Shown here one piece after another: positions 25,660 to 36,585 of a DNA stretch of 64,000 nucleotides. Under the pieces are notes generated by a model. The model was given only the letters and a program-made list of their open reading frames with translations. It was not told where the DNA came from and did not search any database. Within the stretch, counting starts at the first letter, position 1; each line of letters begins with the position of its first letter. A program made the translations under genes and the position numbers. The DNA is from Leucoraja ocellata (lineage: Eukaryota): contig JAWMAR010000203.1 of assembly GCA_036785375.1 (NCBI GenBank), positions 4,154,001-4,218,000 of the forward strand. Direction: 5' to 3'.

Positions 25660-25725
25660 GAAATGGAAACAGAAAGTCAGAAACGAAACTTAGTGGTGTT
25701 TCCCCACAAACGAAACTTAGGAATT
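25660..25725. promoter_or_regulatory. ISRE/IRF-site cluster with a near-kB site
   Basis: GAAACGAAACT (25680-25690), CAAACGAAACT (25707-25717), GAAATGGAAACAGAAA, and GGTGTTTCCCC between them. Confidence 0.5.
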
Positions 25726-27515
25726 TTTTTCGCGGTGGGTGTGGTACAATCTAGATCAGCGGAATCTTGATCGTTTGGCAGTTGGGCTGAAGAATGGTTG
25801 ATGTAATACAGTGAAATGTAAGGTGTTGATAAAAGGACATATCTTTACTCAGAGAGTGGTAGCTGTGTGGAATGAGCTTCCAGTGAAGGTGGTGGAGGCA
25901 GGTTCGTTTTTATCATTTAAAAATAAATTGGATAGTTATATGGATGGGAAGGGAATGGAGGGTTATGGTCTGAGCGCAGGTATATGGGACTAGGCGAGAT
26001 TATGTGTTCGGCACGGACTAGAAGGGTCGAGATGGCCTGTTTCCGTGCTGTAATTGTTATATGGTTATATTACATAGTTCAGCAATGTTACAACATTTTG
26101 AGACTTAAAAATTAAGTCTGCAATTTATCCCATCAGATAAACCATAAAAATAAGTAAATTGACACCTAATTCACTTTCATATCTTCAATATTTAAAATGT
26201 TATGGCTATTTTCATACTCAGAAATTAGCATCTTGTTCCATATTGCTAGATGCAGGAAGATTGTCCCCGATGTTGGGGAAGTCCAGAACAAGGGGTCACA
26301 GTTTAAGGATAAAGGGGAAATCTTTTAGGACCGAGATGAGAAAAAGATTTTTCACACAGAGAGTGGTGAATAGAAACATAGAAATTAGATGCAGGAGTAG
26401 GCCATTCGGCCCTTCGAGCCTGCACCGCCATTCAATATGATCATGGCTGATCATCCAACTCAGTATCCCGTACCTGCCTTCTCTCCATACCCTCTGATCC
26501 CCTTAGCCACAAGGGCCACATCTAACTCCCTGTTAAATATAGCCAATGAACTGGCCTCGACTACCCTCTGCAGCAGAGAGTTCCAGAGATTCACCACTCT
26601 CTGTGTGAAAAAGTTCTTCTCATCTCGGTTTTAAAGGATTTCCCCCTTATCCTTAAGCTGTGACCCCTTGTCCTGGAATCTCTGGAATTCTCTCCCGCAG
26701 AAGGTAGTTGAGGCCAGTTCATTGGCTATATTTAAGAGGGAGTTAGATGTGGCTAAAGGGGTCAGGGGGTATGGAGAGAAGGCAGGTACAGGATACTGAG
26801 TTGGATGATCAGCCATGATCATATTGAATGGCGGTGCAGGCTCGAAGGGCCGGATGGCCTACTTCTGCACCTATTTTCTATGTTTCTATATTGCTTTTCC
26901 ATTGAATTAACTCAAAAGCTGTGATCGAGGACAGTCAAAAGCCATAACTTTCTTAAAAGTTATTATAGATTGAAGCATTCGGAAACAAATATGAAACAAT
27001 CTTACTTGGATGACCTGAAATTCAAGCATATAATTAGTTAGTTACCTAATTGTAGCTAATTACAAAATTGACCGTTGTAACAGAAATAGTAATAAACACC
27101 CAGACTGTTTTTGAAAAATCAAAAATGTGATATTCTCAAGATCATAACTTTAATATTATTGTATTATATGCTGTGTCAGTTATAGATAGGTAAATAATTT
27201 ACAATTTCTAGCAAAAGACCAAGTCTTTATCGTTGGTACACAAAATGCTGGAGAAACTTAGCGGGTGCAGCAGCATCTATGGAGAGAAGGAAATAGGCGA
27301 CGTTTCGGGCCGAAAACCTTCTTTATCGTTTCTTGGTCCTCCAAAATATTCCAAATGGAATTTAAACTGGAGGTGGTGAAGGGAGGGCTTAAATCAGAAA
27401 GGGTTATTGGGAAGAAAGAGTTACTTTAAATTTAGTTGCATCTGGTTGGGTAACTATAGTTGGGTGGAGATTATTCCATGCTTTATTTGTGCGGGGGAAG
27501 AACAAATTGTTGTAT

Positions 27516-30500
27516 AGGGTGATTTCACTAAAGGTCACTGGAGCGTGGATCCGCACCCACGTGACCAAAATTCGCCGGTGGAGGACACATACGGGTCCCT
27601 GTACATGTTAGTGGATGGGAAAAGTCGCATTTTCCCACCCGTTAAAAACATAGAAAACGGCGAGGTTGAGAGCTGCAATTTTCTGTGCCAGTCGGGGTGA
27701 CTGTGAGGCACAGCTACCTAGATTTACAGGGAAAAAAAAATATTGCAAGTGAGGTAAATTCAAGAGGGAACTGAAGGTGCCTATCCACCGGAAGTCAGGA
27801 GCCGACAATTGCCGAAGATATTTAAAGGTCCAAAATAGCGGGAAATATCGCGTTTTCCCGCTGAATTTCATCAAAAGTAAGGCATTATATACTTTTTTAT
27901 CTTTATTCATTTGTTAGATGAGATTTTTTAAAAGTGAAAAATCACTCATTAAAAGTTCAAAATCGGCCATGGTTCTCAGGTTGGTTTTAACATGCAAAAT
28001 CAAAACGCCTCTGAAGCTGCATTTACCATTTAAATAATGATAAACTATCAATGCATTTTTAAATAAATTTCACTCAGATGCAAGCTAAGGAATGTGATAA
28101 TTATCAGCTGTCAGTTGGACAAAATTAGGACATTTTATTATTTGCCAAAATATATTTCTCAATGTTTCTTGTTTAAAGCCTGCACATTCACCCAAACAAC
28201 TTATGTATTACTTTCTTTATCATCTAATAACAGACAAGCCTGCAGCATGGAATGATGTCTACAATCCTGGTTGGGCACCCACTGTGAGCAGGATAGACAT
28301 TGCGCACTTTTGCACCCGTTTAAAACAGCTAAAATGGTCCTTTTTTGCGCTGTAAATAACTGTGGCAGTCGCGGTAACCGTGAGACACAGTTATCTTACT
28401 TTAGAGTTCCAAAGGTAAGGAAAGAAGAAGGTAAACACAAGAGGGAACTGAAGGGGCAACAGCAGCGGAAGTGGTTAGCAAACATTGGCCGTGGAGATAT
28501 GAAGATAGAAAAAATTGGGACTTATCGCGTTTGCTCGCTGCATTTCATCAAAAGTAAGTCATTATTGAAGTTTTATCTTTATTCATTTGTTATATAAAAA
28601 TCACCCAAACAACTTATTTCTTTATCATTTAATAACAGACAAGCCTGCAGCATGGGATAATGTAAACAATCCTGATTGGGCACCCACTGTGAATATGGGA
28701 CGCGGCGACGACAATGAGCAGGGTATACAACGTGCACAAGAACGCCATGCACGTGCAACAAGAAGAGAGAGTATTAAAGCAGATGTTGTCGCAGCTCAAG
28801 CATCTGTAGCTCTGCAAGTTGATGCTGAGCAGGCTGATGATTATGAGAACTTTGAACCGGTGCTGGAAGTACACCGTCAACTTGACATAGAAACACAAAC
28901 ACCAGTCAAAGAGACAATGGACACATCAACACAAACAGACATGTGTGGAGTAGACATAACAGTACTGGAAGCACAACTATACCAAAAAAATAAAGAGCTC
29001 ACCAAAGCTAGACAAGAAGCAGCCAAAATTAAGTTAACACAAGAAAGCCTTTCCAAGGATGACAAAAAGGTTAGGTTCTACACAGGTTTACCAACATTTG
29101 CAGTTTTGATGCTGGTCTACGATTATGTTAAGGACAAGCTCACCAAAAGACGTTCACTAACACATTTTCAGCAGTTGCTGATCGTCTTGATGAAGCTGCG
29201 ACTTGCAGTGCCTCATGAGGATCTTGCATATCGATTCCTTGTTAGTAATGCCACAGTATCGCGTGTATTCACTAGTGGGATTGATGCCCTTCATGGCTTA
29301 TCCAAGTTAATCATTTGGCCTGAAAGAGATGTTCTGTGGAAAATCATGCCCATGCAATGTCGGCGGACATTTGGAAAGCGTGTGGCAGTGATCATAGATT
29401 GCTTTGAAATATTTTGTGATAGACCTACGAGTTTAGAGGCGCGCGCACAGACTTGGTCTAACTATAAGCACCATAACACCATCAAATTCTTGATAGGTAT
29501 TACACCATGTGGTGCTATTTCATTTCTATCTGCAGCATGGGGGGGCAGAGGCACAGATAAAACAATTACACTTTCATCTCAATTTTTTGACAACCTGCTC
29601 CCTGGAGATGTCATTTTAGCTGATCGCGGTTTTGACATAAAAGATGCTGCAGGATTTCACGGGTGTCAAGCAGAAATCCCTGCATTTGTAAGAGGGAAAG
29701 CACAACTATCTGCGCTGGATGTTGAAAAAACTCGTGAAATAGCTAATTTACGCATTCATGTAGAGCGTGTCATTGGTGGGGTCAGGCAAAAATTCCTATT
29801 TCTAAGTCATACTGTGCCATTGGAGTACATGATTACCAACTCTGAAAATCAAGTACCCAAAATTGATAAAATTGTAAGGGTCTGTTGTGCACTTTTTAAC
29901 TTAAATGACTCCATAATGTCACAGTAGATGCAGACAATTGTACTTTAGCGTGTTGTGCAAATACGAACAATAAAAACTTTCAACAGTTTCTTGGCTCATA
30001 AGCATTTATTAAGTATGAAACTGCTAGTATTTGGCGAACCATTAAATAACAAACATTGTGTCAAAAGTGCACTTCACAATCTTTAACATTAGACTTAAAT
30101 ATAACTGTTTCACAAAGTGACTGTTGTGTTTTAAAGTGACAAAAAAAAGCCCATTACGTGGCTGTAAACAGTGCAAGGTAAACGTGGCATACAAATGAGA
30201 GACTTTGTATTTAACATAAACATTTTCAGCAGAAAACTTTAAAAAAAAGAATGTGCAGGCTTTAAACAAGAAACATTGAGAAATATATTTTGGCAAATAA
30301 TAAAATGTCCTAATTTTGTCCAACTGACAGCTGATAATTATCACATTCCTTAGCTTGCATCTGAGTGAAATTTATTTAAAAATGCATTGATAGTTTATCA
30401 TTATTTAAATGGTAAATGCAGCTTCAGAGGCGTTTTGATTTTGCATGTTAAAACCAACCTGAGAACCATGGCCGATTTTGAACTTTTAATGAGTGATTTT

Positions 30501-30922
30501 TCACTTTTAAAAAATCTCATCTAACAAATGAATAAAGATAAAAAAGTATATAATGCCTTACTTTTGATGAAATTCAGCGGGAAAACGCGATATTTCCCGC
30601 TATTTTGGACCTTTAAATATCTTCGGCAATTGTCGGCTCCTGACTTCCGGTGGATAGGCACCTTCAGTTCCCTCTTGAATTTACCTCACTTGCAATATTT
30701 TTTTTTCCCTGTAAATCTAGGTAGCTGTGCCTCACAGTCACCCCGACTGGCACAGAAAATTGCAGCTCTCAACCTCGCCGTTTTCTATGTTTTTAACGGG
30801 TGGGAAAATGCGACTTTTCCCATCCACTAACATGTACAGGGACCCGTATGTGTCCTCCACCGGAGAATTTTGGTCACGTGGGTGCGGATCCACGCTCCAG
30901 TGACCTTTAGTGAAATCACCCT
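27516..30922 (+). mobile_element. ISL2EU (PIF/Harbinger-related) DNA transposon with 674-bp near-perfect TIRs
   Basis: AT|AGGGTGATTTCAC...GTGAAATCACCCT|AT. TIRs 27516-28189 and 30249-30922; the ORF track gives identical 100-aa peptides from the two arms. Confidence 0.9.
28334..29927 (+). CDS. THAP-domain + DDE_Tnp_4 (HARBI1-like) transposase, 2 exons (28334-28553, 28639-29927), 502 aa, intact
   Basis: CAVNNC...CSLHF...WAPTV (THAP); IIDCFE, SNYKHHNT, ADRGF, RIHVER (DDE); 85-bp GT-AG phase-1 intron. Confidence 0.9.
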
Positions 30923-31872
30923 ATACATTTGTCTTTGTAGCTGGGATCACAAATTGGTTCGGATGCCCTCGTCTGCCCCTAATTGGTTTGGGTTTGGTGT
31001 AGGTTTTGTAGTCTATGTCGAGCTGACCATTTAACATTTCGTAAAAACAGGTCAAACGGTGAGCTTCACGTCTGTCTTGGAGAGGGTTCCACCCCAGAGA
31101 ATTCAGAAGTTTGGTGACACTCGCTTCTCTCTCACAGGTGTTAGTAACAAATCGAGCTGCCTGTCTTTGGACACGTTCGATGGAAGAAATGTTTTTATTT
31201 GTGTATGGGTCCCATGCTGCAACTGCGTAGTCCAAATGATGAAGATCAGTTGCTAGCTGGTACATTGGCATATCAAAATCAGTAGCACCATCATATTCCT
31301 CAGATTACAACCAGTAGGCAACTGTACACCTTGTTTTTCCTCAACTTTTCAATTTTGGCATTGTAAACTACAAGTTTTTGCTCTTCAAACCACGCATGAC
31401 ATGCCTTTCTGCCCACAACTTTCCCATTAAGAATGTCCTGTAGATCATCACATTTGGAGTAGTCCACATTCGGATAATCTTTGCGAATGCTGTTTAAATC
31501 AGTCTCTTTCAATTTTTTTCCTCGCTTTTTCCTCTCTTTCGTGTCCCGAGCATGCTCCTTGCTTTTCCGACGCTTGATGATTTCTGCTCTCAATTGCTTC
31601 TGTTTTTTATTCCATCTGTTCCTCTGCACTCTCCCCCATGTCACTGCCTTACAGAGCACCTCCTCCCTATGATGCTCCTCGTGATTATTAAGGGAATTGA
31701 CTGTTCTATTCTTGCAGGCCCGCATCCTACAGACAAATAACACATGGTGGCATTGGGAGATTTCTGTTTTGATGAGCTAATCATGCCCATTATCTCTTCC
31801 GCATCAATTTTGTGTGATCTTGCTGATGCAGTCTCCTCCTTCAGTTTCTCAGTTACATCAAGTACAAAGTAT

Positions 31873-32772
31873 AGGGAGGTTTCACGGCAATCGGGTCATG
31901 ACCCATGACCCGTGCTGTTGCTACGCTACTCCAAATGGATTACACGCAATGAACTGCAGGTAGGCACTTACCATTGTTTCCAGGGTAGAGGGCCCATTAA
32001 AACCCGCCGCAATTGTCAATTTTTGCGCTGTAAATAATTATGGAAATCGGGATAAGCGTGAGAGACATTTAGCCTACTTCAGGATTCCAAAAGTGAGGAG
32101 AAATGACAGTAGATAGAAGCGAGAGCTGAAGGGACAACAACAGCCAGAGTGCTTAGCGAACATTGGCCGTTTTCTCACTGCACGTCATCAACAGTAAGTC
32201 ATTATTAGTGTTTTTTCTTGATTCCTTTGGCATCTAAAAAGTTTCAGAAGTGATAAATCTGTCTGTAAATTTTTTAAATCGCCCATGGTTATCAAGTGGG
32301 GTTTTACATACAAAATGAAAACGCATCTGAAGAAAAATTTACAGCCAGATTTATCACTTCTGAGACTTTTTAGATGCCAATGGAATCAAGAAAAAACACA
32401 AATAATGCCTTACTTGATGAAATGCAGTGAGCAAACATGATAATTCCCAATATTTTCAATTCCGATATCTGCACATCCAATGTTCGCCAAGCACTTTAGC
32501 TACTGTTATCCCTTCAGCTCTCGCTTCCCTTTACCTTAATTTCGCTTCACTTCTGGCATTCTGAAGTTGGGTACATGTCTCTCACACTTACCCCGACTTC
32601 CACAATTTTTTACAGCGCAAAAATCAAACATTTTGGCGTTTTATAACAGGTAGGAAAGTACACGTTTCTTGCATTAATATCATATACTGGAAGTGACGGA
32701 TGTCCTCCAGATGGATTGAGCGGCTCCATACGTCAAGTCCTATGACCCAGTGACCTTACGTGCAACCCCCCT
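31873..32772. mobile_element. Non-autonomous ISL2EU-related MITE made of two inverted THAP-exon remnants; right-end fragment of the same family at ~36586-36808
   Basis: AT|AGGGAGGTTTCACG...CGTGCAACCCCCCT|AT. Removing it restores the host transposase frame (YSK/YFVL). Confidence 0.8.
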
Positions 32773-35425
32773 ATTTACTATACTACCTCTCCAACATAAT
32801 GATGACAGCTTGAAGACAGCTCCTCATCTTTGAACTGAACTGTGGATGTACTGGTAGCTCCCAAAGTTTTGTCAATGTGGCATCAAGATGTACCTCCTCA
32901 CCAAAGAAATCTTCCCTTGCTAATATCAAGTTGGCTGGATTATCTGTGGCTTCCTTTAGAGCAGCAATCACCCCTTTAACCACTTTGATGCCATCAACAT
33001 GATTGATCTGATTCTGGCTTGAAGTGTAGAAGCGCTTCACCCAAGGCCCAGTCAGATATTTGCCAAGTAAGTCTAATATCTGAAGTTCTACTTTTGCATC
33101 AGCCTGGGTGAAGTCATGGAGGATGGCGCTTTTCAACCCCCCACAGAATGTTCCGCTATTCAGCAGGGCAACAAAGTCATCATAATATTCTATGAGCTTG
33201 ACACTAATATGAAACAGTATGTACAATCTGTTGCCACGGTATCGTGGGAGGACAACTCGGGGGATGTCCCTGCCATCCAAAAATCCTTTTGGGTCCCCTT
33301 TTCCATTCTTGTACCGAAGTTTGCTCATCTTCAGTATGGCATTTACTGCTAGACAGTCTTACCCAAACAAGAATTTTCCTCCGGATTGTTTCTGCATTTT
33401 GAGGGCTGAGCGAACTGATGTTGCATTGGAGTCAAGAGGATGCAAGTGGCAGTAGAGCTCATTCAAAGATTTACCCCACTCACTACTCACAATCCTAATA
33501 GCAGCATGATTAGCTGCACACCTGTCACTCATTGTGTTTGAAATGTTGGCGATTATCTTTTGCCTGGTATCTTGAAAATCTGCTTGCTCATTGAAATGAG
33601 TGTAAGTTTTACACAAATTGTCAACTGTTTCGCAAATATGTTGTGCATAGTCCTCAACAGTTCCACCAGCCAATTCATCGACTGCTGCAGAAAGACATTT
33701 GTCTGTGGTGGTGAAGTGTACACTGTTAACGTGGGTCTCTTCCTGGGTGGTTGCATCAAAACCCACAGTCAAACCCTTTGTTGCAAGGAGCATCTCTGCT
33801 GTTTGCAACTCAGCAATAACTCCCAATTCTCGGGCCATAACTTCACCTGCACTGCGTCGAGGAACATGATCCAGATTAAGTCCACTCCGCTTGTAGAACT
33901 GGCTTATTAGGATTGGAATGTTTGCTGTGGGAGTTTTGTGTACAATACAGTCAAACACATGCATGCTTGTTGTTGAGGAGTAAGTTTTCTGGTCCACCTT
34001 TGACTTGACAATACTGGCAGCCTGCAGAGTTTTGATTGTTTCTTTGTGGACAAGATTGTCAAATTCGAGGCGTCTCACATCCTCTTCCATGTCCTTTAAA
34101 TTTTCATGAACTTTTCTGTACTGGTGAATTGAAACAGTTTTCCTCTTTTTCTTACTGTCATGAAACATCAGCAATTGTCTGTGTGCTTTTTTAAATCTCA
34201 AAAGCTCTGCCTTGGTTTCAGCAAGCTCTCGTGCAAACGTTTTCCCACGTAATTTGGTTTTGAGTGCCTGAATCTTTCTGTCCGTTAAATCTATTTGGTA
34301 TTGCTTTCTCTTTAAGGCTTGATTAACTACACATTTGGGAGTTTTCAACTGTGCCCTAAGTTCACTGATCTTTGTGTGAAACTTTATTGTAAGAGCAGCC
34401 CTGAATTCAGACAGAAAATTTAGTATTTTCTTCAATTTCTGTTTCCTTGGTTGGGGACCGCTTTTCATGGCTCCCGCAACGGCGACTTCTCCCGCCCGAG
34501 TTGCGGGGTCGAAGAGCTCCTGGAGCGGGGCCTTACAGCACCGCCCGCGCGGCTTGGAATGGCTGCGGGACTCTGCGAGCGCACGCCGGGGGCTCTAACA
34601 TCAAGAACCTTCCATCACCCGGCGACCTTCCATCACCCGGCGTGGCTTTAATGGCCGCGGGACAATCGCCATCGCCAGCCGGGGGCTTTGACTTTGACTC
34701 TGACATCGGGGGGGGGGGGGGGGGGTGGGGGGGAGAGTGCAGTGAAGAGATAAGTTTTTTTGGCCTTCCATCACAGCAATGTGATGGATGTTTATGTAAA
34801 ATATGTTGTGTCTTGGGTCTATTTGTTTGTAATGTATGGCTGCAGAAACGTCATTTCGTTTGGACCTCAAGGGGTCCAAATGACAAATAAATTGTATCTT
34901 GTATCTTCTGGAAGTTTAAAAGTTTCATCACAAATTTTCATAAATGCTCCAAGTTCCTTGTGATTGGTGAGTATTTTTAAAGTTATCAAAGCTAACGAGA
35001 GCCTTCACTCTTAACTTAACAGCACCAAATGAATAACCTTCTGCATCCGACAAAGAGAAATGTGAACTCAGCCATTTCTCTGTTTCAGGCAGACTTTTTC
35101 CAAACGAGGTATACAAGTACAAGAAATTCATATTTATCAGTTTCATCTAAATTTAATTATTAGATCTAAACATCTATCCATTTCTTAAGAAAAGGTTAAC
35201 TTTTTAAATAGTCTAAGTGTCCAAATAACATTCACACAAGAATTCACAATGTAACGTGATTTTTAAATGTCATTGTCATGAATTTATAGGCCAAATGGAA
35301 GGAATTTAATGTTTAATTCCCGTAAATTAATGGGCATTTAAATCATCTTGCGAGGGGTTTTGTAGAACGCGATCGATTGGAACGTTGCGGTTGCGATGAA
35401 TTTGAACCCCATATCGGCAGAAAAA

Positions 35426-36585
35426 ACAGATGGTGGCTCTTGGAACAACATCATCGATGCACTTACTTATGTAGCCTGTGACAAACTGTGTAATCGTTGA
35501 TGCTGCCTTCTGCTGCATCCTCAAACATCTGCCAGTCAGTTTTGTCAAAGCAGTCCTGCAAGACCTCATCAGCCACATTGTTCCATTTGTAAATGTCCCT
35601 GGAAACTGTTTCTTCTGTTTTAGTTTCTGCCTGTATGCAGGCAGCAGTAGGGTGGAACAGTGGTCTGGCTTCCCAAAAGCCGGGCGGGGGATGTATCGCT
35701 CTGAATGGGGTGTAACAATGGTCTAAGGTCTGCTCTCCCCTGATGGGAAAAATGATATGTTGGTAATATTTTGGGAGAACCTTCTTCATGTTGGCTCCGT
35801 TGAAGTCTCCCAGAACAATGACCGCAGACTCAGGGTGGGAGTTCTCCAGCTCATTTACAGTCCTATACAGTTGGTCCAGGGCTAGGGTTTTATCAGCGTG
35901 TGGGGGGATGTAAACAACTGTAAGGAGGACTGAGCTGAACCCGCTCGAGAGGGTGAACAGTCTAGCTTTAATGGTCAACAGCTCCAGAACCGGGGAGCAG
36001 TGAGTAGTGAAAACGCAGACATCTGTGGCCCACAAAGAGTTAACCATAAAGCATACTCCCCCCTCCTTTCTACTTGCCTGATTCCTTCCTTCTGTCTTGT
36101 CGGTAGACGGAAAAACTCTCCGGAGTTACGGCACAGTCGGGTACGCTGGTCTCCAGCCACGTCTCTGTGAACACCAGAACACAGCATTTCTTAATGTCCC
36201 GATGGTGTTCGATCCGTGCGCGCAACTCGTCCAGTTTATTATCCAGGGATTGCACATGAGCTAGCAGGATGCTGGGCAGAGGAGGTTTGTTGTTTCTTCG
36301 CCGACTTCTGCACAGAACGCCGACACGCTTCCCTCTCTTAGCGTTCCTCCCCCACCGCCGTGCAGGTAAGCAAAGCACTCAGGGGAGGCTGTCATCCGTG
36401 ATATCAATAACCAGCTTAAAGTCCCCGTTGGCTGCCTTTCTTATCTCCAAAAGTGATTGTCGATCATACTGAATGCGTGAAAGAACAGTATGTACAAAAA
36501 GAACAAGTAATAAAAAATAAATACATGCAAGTTTGCTGAGATGACTCGAAGCTCTCGTCAGTGCAGCCATCTACACGGCGCACAG
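35426..36585 (-). mobile_element. 5' (APE) fragment of a second Rex1-type LINE
   Basis: [36 protein letters not shown] motifs, frameshifted. Confidence 0.85.

Larger units (their letters stand above)
27340..31240 (-). mobile_element. LINE 3' fragment (L2/Crack/Daphne-like) split by the ISL2EU element
   Basis: AWDPY...IERVQRQAARFV...LGWNPLQDRR...ATKTNV|YNNLFFPRT reads in frame across the empty site. Confidence 0.75.
26082..35425 (-). mobile_element. Large unclassified DDE (CxxH-type, hAT-like) DNA transposon hosting several nested insertions
   Basis: Transposase pieces at 35146-34906, 34446-33359, 33328-32775 and 31870-31300: GFDATT, MSDR, CHLH, RGNR, HKIDAEE. Its 5' subterminal (35150-35425) and 3' terminal (26082-27070) sequences are fused in the derivative at 57850-58499. 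Confidence 0.65.

Noticed and set aside
26247-26890. Apparent ~215-bp hairpin giving near-identical peptides on both strands
   Set aside because: A CR1-tail copy inserted in reverse into another copy (GAAT junction duplication; outer ATATTGCT TSD). Not a dedicated structure.
27608-30830. Two identical 100-aa ORFs on opposite strands (27608-27910 and 30528-30830)
   Set aside because: A by-product of the TIRs; they are antisense to the decayed THAP copy and have no protein features.
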